Shown: positions 23,520-35,095, counted from the stretch's first letter. The stretch is 51,578 bases of DNA from Polymyxa betae A26-41 (GCA_003693705.1 RBZT01000661.1:1-51578); one strand, 5' to 3'. Notes: a model not told the origin generated them from the letters alone. Translations and numbers: made by a program.

Positions 23520-26264
23520 TTAGACGATGATCCGCGACCGTACTCGCTCGTGCCCGGATACGAACATGTTGAACGATAACGAACTTAGCAATTGAAGATT
23601 AGCGATGATGTTGTCCTCGCCGTGGTCGGGGACCGCCACGAATTCGTCGATGGCGGTCATGATGCATTTCCGCAGGGCCAGTACGTAGGTCAGGCACGGG
23701 TCGGTCACTACGCTGCGGACGCGGTCCTTCCAGGTCGCCAGCTGTGCGATACAGCGCGATCGCAAAGTCGTGATCTGCAGCCCGGCGCTAATCACCTGGA
23801 ACTCCAACAGGCACGACTGCAGACGCTCGGTCATACTGCCCCGGTAGGCGCGGAGTTCTTCGGCCAGGGCACGATCGTCTTCCAGGATGGACATCATGGC
23901 CAAGGCGGCGACAATCTGGTTCGGGGCACCTCCATGCAGGTCGCCACGTAGCTCGTCCAAGGCCTGCTCCTTGCGGAGCGTTCGCGACCGGAAGAATGCC
24001 GCTGCGGCATCCGCATCGAACGAGACGCATTCGTAGATCGTCCTGGCTGGCATCTGCGATGAGGTCGTTGAACGCCGCGATGCTCGATTCACATAAAGCA
24101 GATCGAATCGGATTTGGACAGCGACGATTCCGGCGATGAAGGCGTCGAGCGTGATTGATTCGCGAGCAGTGACGGCAGCTCTAATAGCGGCCCGGATTAC
24201 ATCGGGACCTTGTTGCCACTGGGCCATATTCCATGACTGTGATCCAACACCAATTAATGATACAGCTGCCAGTCGGCGCTGACACTGTTGCACGTAACCG
24301 AACAGGGCCGTCATAAAATCCGCCACGGCTGTCTCGAACCGATCCGCCACCATCTCCATCGTCACATGTACATGGACCCTGTGCGCCTCTGTGAATAATG
24401 TCCCCAGGTGGCATACTGGCCCGTGCAGGACGACCGTGCTCTGTTCCGGTATGGCGCCGCACCGTGACAGCAGATCGAAGATTTCGGCGAGGGCGGTAGC
24501 CTGACACCAATGCAGTGCCGGGGCAGTGCCGAACACGATCCCATCGTCATTGATATCGATCAGAGCGAACAGATCGTCGATATCGACATGTGGCAGCATA
24601 GCCGGGGGTGGTGGCGAAGGCGGCTTGCGTGCTGGCACAGCGAATCGCACGGCTTGCAGGGCGAACAGACCCACCAGTTTCGCATACGGATACTGTGAGA
24701 GATAGTCGCTGGTCAGGACCAGTACGGCATCGCGATATGCGAGATCGAGCTGGAAGTCGACCATATATTGAAACAGAGCGAGATCGGTATGGATGATCTG
24801 TGCAGTTTTATCAGATCTGTTGGCCACAATCCCATCCACATCCAGCAAGACATCAGCCGAAGACGATTTCGGCAATGTGGCGCCCGGGGCGATGGCGTCA
24901 CGCACGATCCGGGCCACGCCAGCCTGTAGGCGCAGGGCCTGCACGGCAACGCTATCCTGGATCGCATCGAGTATGACCATGAGGGCGGCGGCGTTATCAG
25001 CGCCGCCCTGCAGCAGGGCGCGTACGGTGGGCGCCAGCACGACCAGCTCGCTGTTCAGCGGAATCTGGACGAGTTGACTGACGTAATCGCGGACACGGCC
25101 GTACTGGTCCGCCTGGGCTTGGGCGTGATCTGCGCTGCTCGGGGCCGTGCAAGGTTGTAATGATGCGGATGCAATTTGTAAGGAGCCAGGCAGTGATTGA
25201 TTCAGACGACTGAAGAATGCCAATAGCTCGGAATTCGGGGTTCTGGACAGGAGCGTGATTAAGACGACGGATCCCAGGACCGAGTAATACCGGCCCGCGC
25301 GGAAACAAGTCTGAATCTCCGCCTGGACCTCGTCCAGAAACTGTTGACGGAACCGAGGCCCATCTGGGGCCGCCGTCAAGGACGCGTACAGGACGGCGCA
25401 ATCGCGGCTCAAAAACACGTTCAAGAACGCGGACCTCGCCGTCACCCGATCGAATGTCTGCAAGGGCGCCGTCGATTTCGGCCGGTAATGGCACACGTAT
25501 CGGATCTGGCCGACACGTAGGCTAGTATGGCCGAATACGCACCGGGCACGAATCGGGACGTTGTCGATCGTGCAACGTTTTAGGTCCTTGAAGAAAGCAT
25601 TGCGATTGGCATAAATCTGAGATAGATCCCAATCATTGCTGTCGACGGTGATGTTTAGAAATTCGTGCGGCGTCTTGTTCTGTAGTGCGATCAGATCCTG
25701 GAGAACGAATTTCGTAAATGCCGTCAGGGCTGATTGAAATTGTGACCCGGTGACGAAGACGTCGCGGGCGATCTCGATCCGGCGCGTGTCTGCGACCAGG
25801 ATCCGGCTGAGAACCGATTCAAGGGCGATCGACGGGAGTGAAATCAGCTGAACATTGTTGTCGTCGGATCGACTCAGCTGCAGGATATCATGGAAGTCGG
25901 AGTGAATCTGTCGTAGGTACATCATATCGACATATGGCATTAGCGAATCAGTTAAGGACCAGTAAGGCGTCGCAGCTGGGTCTTGGCCATGATGGTACAG
26001 GGGGCGTCCTTGTTCGGACGCTTCCGAGATGGGTGTATGAAAACGGGCGATGATCTCGGCATCGGGGATATGTAAAGCCAGCGATTTGTAAATCTCGTGT
26101 TGTTGGAAATGTTGGACCATGATCAAATATGGATTGGTGGGATAGTCTTTGACAATTGATTTGATCGCATCCCAGTAGAAATCTATGATATGATGCTGTT
26201 GTAGATAGGCATCGGCACCATACCGATCGTTCCCGAAGATCGGCCGAAAAACGCTCGACTTCAT
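23520..26264 (-). CDS. 914-aa uncharacterised protein with two Dpy-30/RIIa-like dimerisation-docking motifs and two-fold internal duplication
   Basis: Intronless long ORF with AYLQQHHIIDFYWDAIKSIVKDYPTNPYLIMVQHF and QYMVDFQLDLAYRDAVLVLTSDYLSQYPYAKLVGLF. Confidence 0.75.
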   Translation of the reverse strand: MKSSVFRPIFGNDRYGADAYLQQHHIIDFYWDAIKSIVKDYPTNPYLIMVQHFQQHEIYKSLALHIPDAEIIARFHTPISEASEQGRPLYHHGQDPAATPYWSLTDSLMPYVDMMYLRQIHSDFHDILQLSRSDDNNVQLISLPSIALESVLSRILVADTRRIEIARDVFVTGSQFQSALTAFTKFVLQDLIALQNKTPHEFLNITVDSNDWDLSQIYANRNAFFKDLKRCTIDNVPIRARCVFGHTSLRVGQIRYVCHYRPKSTAPLQTFDRVTARSAFLNVFLSRDCAVLYASLTAAPDGPRFRQQFLDEVQAEIQTCFRAGRYYSVLGSVVLITLLSRTPNSELLAFFSRLNQSLPGSLQIASASLQPCTAPSSADHAQAQADQYGRVRDYVSQLVQIPLNSELVVLAPTVRALLQGGADNAAALMVILDAIQDSVAVQALRLQAGVARIVRDAIAPGATLPKSSSADVLLDVDGIVANRSDKTAQIIHTDLALFQYMVDFQLDLAYRDAVLVLTSDYLSQYPYAKLVGLFALQAVRFAVPARKPPSPPPPAMLPHVDIDDLFALIDINDDGIVFGTAPALHWCQATALAEIFDLLSRCGAIPEQSTVVLHGPVCHLGTLFTEAHRVHVHVTMEMVADRFETAVADFMTALFGYVQQCQRRLAAVSLIGVGSQSWNMAQWQQGPDVIRAAIRAAVTARESITLDAFIAGIVAVQIRFDLLYVNRASRRSTTSSQMPARTIYECVSFDADAAAAFFRSRTLRKEQALDELRGDLHGGAPNQIVAALAMMSILEDDRALAEELRAYRGSMTERLQSCLLEFQVISAGLQITTLRSRCIAQLATWKDRVRSVVTDPCLTYVLALRKCIMTAIDEFVAVPDHGEDNIIANLQLLSSLSFNMFVSGHERVRSRIIV

Positions 26265-27166
26265 GTATAGGCGGCAAAGCCGTCTGTGACTTTCTATTCA
26301 ATCTCAACGGCTGAAATCCGCTCATGTGACGGTTATAGCCAGGCTACAAACAAACCTCGATGTACACTTTGCGCAATTCTGCTTTCTCTTTTTGAATTTT
26401 GAAGATGTTGATCTTCAATTATTTGCTGCCCCGATACCAATCGGATATCAACAAAACGTGGGCAACTGTCTTATTTAATTGATTACGTCAAAGAAGCACA
26501 GCGACATCTGCTATGTTTCGACTCTGAACACTCCTCTGCTAGGATTGGATTGGAATGGATTGGATTTACAAATTTGTTGATTTTGTCAACGGGCGGCGCG
26601 GTGACCCTCACGCAAGGCAGGTAGTACTGAGGCATCGCCTCAATATCTACAAGGGGACTCTTTTCCAGTTTCAGAGCCGATAACTATTTCACCCATTATA
26701 CTCCTCGGCTAGCTTTTTACACTTGATAAAGTCTCGCTGCAAAGTCGTCCATAAACTGATCGAAATCCCGAAAGAAGCCTATTTCCTGATTCTGACGATA
26801 ATGATTTACTGCTGATATTCAGTCTATCAGACAGCCTATGGGCGAAGGATCTAGCTTCCGACCAGTTTAACTGCTAGATATATCCCCAGCTTTCTGATAA
26901 AGCAATATGAACGTAGACAAATTGCATTTGCAAATTCGACAGAAGAAAATATCAACGGAAGAACGCTAATGTCGATTGTAGAGAAAAATGCCAGAACCGT
27001 GCTTTCGTAAGAAACCTAAATCAGAAGCCAAATCAGGATAAAAGAATTAAGTATCTCTCATTCGGGCGACACAGACTGACTCGACCGAGCCCGACTGCAT
27101 AGATTAACTGAATATACCGATCAAGTTAAAATTAATCAAAACAGCATGTATACTTTATCTCTAGGT

Positions 27167-28408
27167 TTAGATAACGGATATCTCTTCCGGTAGAATAATC
27201 TGTTGAACTGCATTAGGGAGCCCAACTCGAAATCCGAAATAATATAAATGTTCGGATATCGACAAGGTAACTGAAGGAAACTGATCACAGCATTCCTCAT
27301 CTTCTCCATTGTCGGAATTGCAAATTTTATAGGTGCTCATATCTTCGTTATACAGTACCTGAAGCACATTTAATAACGTCTTGCTGGGAATAATGGACTT
27401 ACTTCAGTTGGGACGTGTGTAGGGAAATCAGGCCCTTCGCAGGATCGACTCCATGGCAGCCAAGAACACGGAGGTAAATGAGGCACAATATCGTGATCGT
27501 GTATGACTCGGTATATCCTTCAGCATAATGTCATATCATAAGGTATTAGTCCAATCAGTTGTAACGCACTTGGATGGCAATAATGAATGAAGGTAACCTG
27601 CGAAATAGCTGTTCCCGACTCGAGGGCTGCCGAATGTGTAGATAAGCGGGTCCGGGACAAGATCGTGAAGTGCCACCGCAGCGATCAGAGCAGTAGCGCC
27701 TCCTAAAGAGTGTCCAGTAATCAAGATAGGTGTGTCTGGTGTAAACATCTAAGCAGAATACATAATAACTGTTACGTATTACTTGGATGTTCGGAAAGAT
27801 AGCTGTTTAGGGTATCACGAATATCACTTTCAACGCTCAGAAAATATTGTAGAAACCCATGATCGACAGTGGATTTAGGAACATAATCTGGCCAACGTCG
27901 TGCTGTGAACTCGATATCAGCCATAGCAGAGCTCTCGGAATAGTACGATGTCCCTCTAAAATCTATTCAGCATCGCAGGGAGATGGCGAAATAAATTAAT
28001 ACCTGAAAGCAAGTACCAAATTAGATGGGGCTGATTTCTGCACTCCTATATAACCAAAGTTTTCTTTCTCATGGCCCTAAATCCATTATTATATTAAATC
28101 AACCATGATAGAAGGCCCAGATCCATGTCCCAACCTGAAAAATCTTTAATATTTGAAGTTCAGGAACAAGTGAACAAGAATCGCAGTTCCATGTTAAGAT
28201 TGAGCTAACATCAGATAGGTAAGCCACAGACGAATATCGCACAGCCTGACAACGTAGAATTAGAGATCGATACCGCCAGGCACCATGCGCCCTAAACCTG
28301 CGTCGCACATTGGTGCGAGTATTGGGTCTGATTCTGGAAGCAATGCGATTCAACAGACACTGCTACTTGCTGTACAGCGAGCAGAACGATGAAGGCGACT
28401 ATGACCAT
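27167..28408 (-). CDS. Secreted class-3 lipase (lipase A), multi-exon
   Basis: Signal peptide MVIVAFIVLLAVQQVAVS. Motifs HGF, ITGHSLGG, YTFGSPRVGN, HDHDIVPHLPP and SEHLYYFG (Ser/Asp/His triad). Confidence 0.9.
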
Positions 28409-28633
28409 GAGAGGGTCTCATACGAGTACCAAGATTAAACAGCGGCACTTGGCCATGCTGGCGGCATCACACTGGCCATGTAACGTTAAGGCGATTATGG
28501 TTCCAGTCAGCCTTGCATGCAGCCACAGTCGCAAAGTTCCGCCCCGATGACTCAGCTACGTGGGTTCTCAAGTCGCGATTTGCTGTATAGACAATGTATT
28601 ATAGAAAGGTAGTGGCTTCTCACATGTTTGTAG

Positions 28634-29866
28634 TCAGATGGTGATAGTGACATTGTTGACGGCATCGTGTAAGGCGAATTGATCTGGATGAGCCAGGTTG
28701 TAGCCGAAATAAACCAGATGCTCGCTAATTGAATAGGAAACGGCTGCGAATGAGTCTGAACAAGTGTTGTCTTCACCATTGATGTCGCTGCACTCAGTAA
28801 ACGACTGCATATGCTTGTCGTACAGAATCTGAAAGCAAGTTAGCTCAGCGTATAGCTTTCATTCGTTCCATTATTTCTCTTGGCGCATGTGTCGGATAAG
28901 TGCCGCCTTTCCATGCAGTTAACGTGCAAGGAGGTAAATGTGGGACCAGATCATGATCGTGATTGACTCGAAATATCCTGCACAATCAGCTGCATTTAGA
29001 TTTTGTAAACATTAAAGAAGTCGACGATTACCTTGAATTCAGACTTTTCAGATGCTTTGCGAAGAAAGAATTCCCAACACGAGGACTGCCGAAGGTATAG
29101 ACGCTTGCGTTCGGGATGATATCATACAAATCCACTAAGGCAATGATTGCTGCTGCTCCTCCCAAAGAATGACCGGTAATAACCAGCTTTGTCTCTAAAT
29201 GTATTGTAAAATAGCAACAACCCACTAAGCTCATTGTTTTACCAGGAACTCTTCTCAATCTGTCAGCAATGACATCGCGAACCCGGCTTTGGACCTTCAA
29301 GTAATATTGAAGAAACCCATGATGCACAGTGGAATCAGGGACGTGAATTGGCCATGGAATTTCTGAAAACGATAAATCTGCAACAGCAGAGTCACCGTCC
29401 AACCATATCGTTCCTCTGAAAAATTGATCAAACAAATTAAGGTTTTCAGCTGCATTACCGAAATGAAAGTACTAGCACTTCTGGGGAGTTCATCTGATAG
29501 CCAACATATCCATAATAATCACCTCTCCTTCCCTAGTTGAAAAAATGCTGGAATTTCGCTACCAGGACAGTGCTACAAAATATACTGACATCGAGAATAT
29601 CCAAGATATACAGTTCTGGTGAGTGTTTGCAGGATGTACATTGCCATTCATAGATAGAAGTTAAATTGACATTATAGGCCACAGAGGAATTCCGAGCAGC
29701 CTGATTTGCAGCAGCGATAAATAACAACGCTAAGGTCCCACGTCGATACCTGCTGAGCACACAGCTCGCTGTACAATGACGATTGGTCCCGCCAATCGCA
29801 ACCTTGACCTGCTGCTAGCCACACTAACAGCAATATTGCTGTGACAGCAGGTCGCAAGAATGTCAT
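28634..29866 (-). CDS. Secreted class-3 lipase (lipase B); last intron has a non-canonical AT donor
   Basis: Signal peptide MTFLRPAVTAILLLVWLAAGQG. Motifs VHHGF, GHSLGG, YTFGSPRVGN, HDLVPHLPP and SEHLVYFG. Same exon layout as lipases A and C. Confidence 0.8.
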
Positions 29867-29874
29867 GCGATTCG

Positions 29875-30414
29875 CCTGGTGATTGCAGGCAGGGCCAAAA
29901 CCATGTGTTGTTAGTGCAAAGGCCCCGTAAGGCGTAACGGTGTCAGGCAGGGCACCGCCAGACAGGAAGGAGTCCCCGCCATAGGGCTAACTTCTTCAAT
30001 TACTGTAGCCGTTATTTATTAATAACCAATTCATGACTAAACCGAGGTCACTCGCTCGAACCGCGGAAACGGATACGAAGGTCAAGTTGTATTCAGTAAG
30101 CGACTTTCTGCATCTGGATCGTTGGTGAAGAAGTGTGTGATATTGCTGGACACTTTGTGGCCGAAATACACGACATGATCTCGAAATGAATAGGAGAACC
30201 TCGAGAACGAATTGGAACAGTTCATGTCTTCGCCATCGTCACGACTGCATTGAACGTATGACGTCATTCCCTTGTTGTATAGTATCTAGATACAATTCAC
30301 TTTATCTGCGAAGAATGCAAAGAGCTGTGATACTTCATTTGGGGGATGCGTTGGAAATTGTCCTCCAGGGCAGGATCCATGCAAGAGAGTCAAAGAGCAC
30401 CAAGGCGTATGAGG
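29875..30414 (-). repeat. Left arm of ~0.5-kb inverted duplication (partner 34761-35260)
   Basis: Near-identical reverse complement of 34761-35260, with small indels. Confidence 0.95.
30082..30414 (-). pseudogene. 3'-only fragment of lipase C
   Basis: Encodes only PHTPWC...RDHVVYFG...LLNTT*. No GHSLG or N-terminal exons upstream. Confidence 0.85.
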
Positions 30415-31121
30415 AAGCGAAGAGCAAAGCATTGTTAGAGGTATGATAGGATAGTGCAAGAAAGCGACTAATCAGGCTATACTCGGCTCAGTTGTTCCAA
30501 GTACTGTCTGTTGAGCTATGTTCTTTTACTCAAATTACCAAATATACAAGATGGTAGAATTCTGCACAGATGCAATTGCTGCATAATTTAATGAATAGAA
30601 AGTGAAAACAAGCAACGGGTGGGACTAGATTGATGTATGCATTCACGAGTATGATTTCACAGTGATCATGATACTATACCACAACGAACCCTTCTCGTTA
30701 ATAGCGGTCCTCGACATATAATACGTTGTGATGAAGAAACACCAGGTTGAGTAGATGAGATGAAGGTCTGATTCAGAACGTTCTGATCATTAATCATGAG
30801 GCAGTGTCTCACTCATTCTACAATAACTTTGTTGTCGTTGTTTGTATCTCTTATTAAGACCACAGCCGGTACTCACTTTGCTATTAGAACAGCCATCGCT
30901 GCTTTCTAGAGGTTGCAGACCAAGGACCCTCTTGTTCTGAGTTGATGTCTAACGGTATTAAACGCCGTTATTAAATTATGGTAGGTTCAGTGGAAGTGAC
31001 GAACAGCAATGATGTCTGATTTGTCGATTAGACAGAGTAGATATTACTCTATGACGGGAGCCAGAGCCTTCAGGGAAGCAATTTCCAGGTTTGCTAATGC
31101 CACACGTCATCCAAACGGAAT

Positions 31122-31982
31122 TCAAGATTTATTTTTGTTTGGTGATATGGCCGAAGCCCTATCAAGATACCGACGATAACGTTCAAGGCCTTTAATAGTC
31201 TTAACGATATCGTCGCTGTTTAAAGCGGCTGCTCTAGTGCCTTCAGAGTGACTAGAAACTTCGATTATGCCCATTTGCCTTTCGTATTCAATACGAGTGG
31301 CATCGCAATATAGCAGAAACCGATCTAACGTCAAACACTTATTTAAACATTGTATGCCATACTCCAGATTGTAAGCATTCGGAGCTGGGAAGAAATCATT
31401 TTCGGGCTGATATTGACAGAATTCGACAGCAACTTGAACATGGTAGAATGTATAGTATTGCTTTGTAGCAACCGAAGGAGCTTTCGCTCGAAGAGTACCT
31501 TGTGTACAGGCATTAGAGAACTGCTTGGCTGCACGTCGAAGAATGGCTGAACGATCTTTAGTCGAGAGTCCAGCTAGAATGGCCAGATAATCGTCCCGGT
31601 CTAGAATCTGGTCAGACGGTCGAATTGGATTCAACGATCGCGTTGACGTCCCTCTGGAAGGAGTATCGGGCGAGATCGAGATAGAATTTGGAACCGTGAT
31701 ATCGCACCAGGTTCGAGATGGAGAATCGCCATCTTCTTCCACCACGTATTCCTGTTTAATCGAGTCTTTATATTGGCCGGTTTTCAGACTCTGCTGGAAA
31801 TCGATTCGCTTCGTCAAGGCTGTGCATAAGCGAGTGATCAGAAGCTTGGCCTTGCCACGATGCTTGCCCTGTTTCGATTGCGACAAGCGGCTGTTCTCAT
31901 TAACGATGGCATCGTCAAGATCCAGGGAGGTCTCTAACGAACTAGGCTGAGGCTTAGACGCCCCGATGGGCATAATGACCAT
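31122..31982 (-). CDS. Uncharacterised 286-aa protein
   Basis: Intronless ATG-to-stop ORF with no recognisable domain. Confidence 0.6.
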   Translation of the reverse strand: MVIMPIGASKPQPSSLETSLDLDDAIVNENSRLSQSKQGKHRGKAKLLITRLCTALTKRIDFQQSLKTGQYKDSIKQEYVVEEDGDSPSRTWCDITVPNSISISPDTPSRGTSTRSLNPIRPSDQILDRDDYLAILAGLSTKDRSAILRRAAKQFSNACTQGTLRAKAPSVATKQYYTFYHVQVAVEFCQYQPENDFFPAPNAYNLEYGIQCLNKCLTLDRFLLYCDATRIEYERQMGIIEVSSHSEGTRAAALNSDDIVKTIKGLERYRRYLDRASAISPNKNKS

Positions 31983-32111
31983 TAGCTAGGGTATAGGTCG
32001 AGATCGATTGCTTATTAGTATAACAGCGATCACTTTAAGGGAGGGAGGAATAGTTACCGCAGGTCGTAACTTAAACGACGAATTGGTAGTTCAATATATA
32101 CATGTTGTTTA

Positions 32112-32981
32112 TTAGCTATCTTCAAGATTACAAGGCACACTTGTTCGAACTGCCGGTAGTTCGATTGCATTCTGAAGTCCTAGATATGAGACGTCTGCAG
32201 TGCATATGGGCGATACGAAATAAATCTTGTCTCGTGTACAATTCCAATGAAGAGTGTCTTTAAAGGTAATAAATTCTGCTTCTGGCAAGGAGACATTGAA
32301 ATCTAGAGCCAAGGGCAACTACGATAAAGTTAATGCGATAGAGACAGCACGCAATGAAGCAAAACTAACTGTGGCGGATTCAGTTCGTGCAGGGAATGAC
32401 GTAGCAACAGTGACAATTTGCCTGCCTAGCACTTTGACACTCGTATCCGTACAGGATCTACAAATATAGCCCAAAGATATTGTAACTGAATATACTTGAA
32501 GGGCGACAAAGTTCGGGTTTGAGACCGAAATCTCAGCAGTAATATGGGTATGCAATGCTTTATCTTGGTCATTGAAACCGAACGAATTCTAAATATCAAC
32601 AATCAATCACTGACACATTTTGTGGAGATTATACCATGCTGAACTGTGTAGCTGACATCGTAACTGTACGAGGTACAAAGAAAAACAACGCGAATGTCAT
32701 TAGGATCTGCAATCGAATTAACCAAATAAAAATTGGATGTTCTATTCATCGAACCAGGCAACAAAGCAAAACTATCATCCATTCTCTCCCTGAAGCGTTT
32801 ATTAGACAGCGACAGCAATTGTGTTAGGCTCTCAACCTTTAACAAGCAAGTTGTATGTGTTCGGATTGGAACCGAACAGATCTGTGGTGGGAAGCGAGCC
32901 TCGGAAAGGGGATAGATCCGGAACGTGGTCTCTCAGGCTCTGGTATCGGACGCTGCCTGGCGACGCAATCTGTTGAGCCAT
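32112..32981 (-). CDS. Single-pass LEA_2/TMEM106-like membrane protein, multi-exon
   Basis: Spliced model MAQQIASP...WMIVLLCCLILMTFALFFFVPRTV...ITAEISVSNPNFVALQV. A TM helix followed by PR and an NPNF motif is typical of LEA_2/TMEM106. Confidence 0.65.
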
Positions 32982-33862
32982 GACGACCCCGACATAACAC
33001 AATTGCGTCTCGATGATGGCTGGAAAACTAATCTATTAGCTGTCTTAGGACAAGCAGAGTCTCATAGACAGATGTAACATTACATCACAATGTTATGCTG
33101 CAGCCCCCTGCAGGTCTATATGTCTCTCTGAGACCCATTGCGTGCCATCATTTCCACCAGCTTCGTCTTTTGATTGCAATGTGAAGAAACGCGCTCCAGC
33201 TGACCAGCGGAGAGCTTGAGCGGAGTGCCTTCGTAGGTGGGTAAATCGAACAGTCAGTTGGTGCCATACGTTGCACTGTTAATGAGGATTGGGAGCACGT
33301 TAGCAAGTGCAGAGCAATCCAAAATCTGTTAATGACAGCTGCTCAGAGATGCGCCTTCTCGCAATCTCATTTGTTATTGGTCGCATTCTCATCTTAACGT
33401 TGCTATAATAGACAGTCAAATGATGAATTGATGAGCGTGAAGAGTAAAACCGTGCTATGCTCTTGCATCTGATCTGGAAATTGGTTTCTTGACATGAACA
33501 ACACTTCTACGATTGAGGTTTTGCTTGATATCCTGTTGGGATCTATTAGAGGATCTTCTCGATCTGTGCCGTATAATTCGTGATCTCATTGAAAAGCCAC
33601 GTCCGTGTGATGGTTGGAACCCGTACTCAGTATGATGAGCATTGCTAAGGCTTAGGCTGACTTTTCATTTTCTGATGAGCGATTTGCTCTTCGCTTAGAC
33701 GCTTGATGCAACGGTGAAGGAATAAAGTCACCAACATAAATGGCAATGTGTCACTGCTGAGGTCTCATCTTTCTTTGTAACTGGATGTGGCAATTGTTTG
33801 TACTTGCGAACGAAGGTTCCTTGGAGGAACAACATATCCAGCTTCTTCTGGTAATCAACCAG

Positions 33863-35095
33863 ATGATACTACTGTGGCTAACGCTGTTAACATCATCATC
33901 GATTGCAGACAGACGAATCTGTATTTGGGAGAACCCAGAAACATATAATGAAATATGTTCCAAAGAGGTAGATAATGCATCCACATCATATAGGTTGACC
34001 TTATAGGCTTAGGCTTTGCTGTACTCGTACATTGCTTTCACAAAGGATTTAAAATCTCTCTATGAATGGCAATGTATGTTATGTAAGGGAGCACCACCCT
34101 TACACATTGTAGGTACATTTGATGTATGAAGACCCATCATTAGACAGAATCTATCCATATTGACAACATATATTAGGGCAGACCAGGAGATCATTATGGG
34201 TATATTGGATATCAGCTATCATCACCCGACGTCCTCATACTCTCATTTAGGTGAGTCCTTCTGCAGCCTCTTCAACACTAGAATCGCTGATTTCTTTCAG
34301 AGGGACGAAAAGTTTCGATGCGGCCCTGCATGACTCTGATATAATCTTCAAGCGATGGCCTGAACATGCTCCTCAATCAAAAGTGCATCGTGGATTCTTT
34401 CGACATTACAGCATAGTACAGAAACAAGTTCGTGATATCATAACTGCATGGTCACTTCTTCATCCTGGTAATCGATCTTTCCACTTTTGTATGGATTTCT
34501 GAGATATATTCATACAGCGACTAAACTGGTTATAACTGGGCATTCATTAGGAGCAGCTACAGCTATGATTGCTTCTGTTGAACTGAGCCATATCATACCC
34601 AATCCATTTGTTTACTTATTCGGCTCTCCTCGAGTTGGTAATGGTTTCTTTGCTCAGCATGTCAAAGATTTAGGCCTCAAGTAAGGCATTTCGATCCTCT
34701 CCAACGCTATTGAACACTCTGTAAAGCATCTTTCGAGTGAATAATGATCATGACATTGTCCCTCATACGCCTTGGTGCTCATTGTCTCTCTTGCATGGAT
34801 CCTGCCCTGGAGGACAATTTCCAACGCATCCCCCAACTGAAGTATGACAGGGCTCTTTGCATTCTTCGCAGATAAAGTGAATTGTATCTAGATACTATAC
34901 AACAAGGGAATGACGTCATACGTTCAATGCAGTCGTGACGATGGCGAAGACATGAACTGTTCCAATTCGTTCTCGAGATTCTCCTATTCATTTCGAGATC
35001 ATGTCGTGTATTTCGGCCACAAAGTGTCCAGCAATTTCACAAACTTCTTCACCAACGATCCAGATGCAGAAAGTCGCTTACTGAATACAACTTGA
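33863..35095 (+). CDS. Secreted class-3 lipase (lipase C), multi-exon
   Basis: Signal peptide MILLWLTLLTSSSIA. Motifs FRGT, VHRGF, GHSLGA, YLFGSPRVGN, HDIVPH and RDHVVYFG. Confidence 0.9.

Noticed and set aside
26542-26566. (GGATT)n microsatellite
   Set aside because: Short imperfect simple repeat with no evidence of function.
33420-33710. ATGATGA...CTGA motifs suggestive of box C/D snoRNAs
   Set aside because: No terminal stems or rRNA-complementary guides that I could identify.
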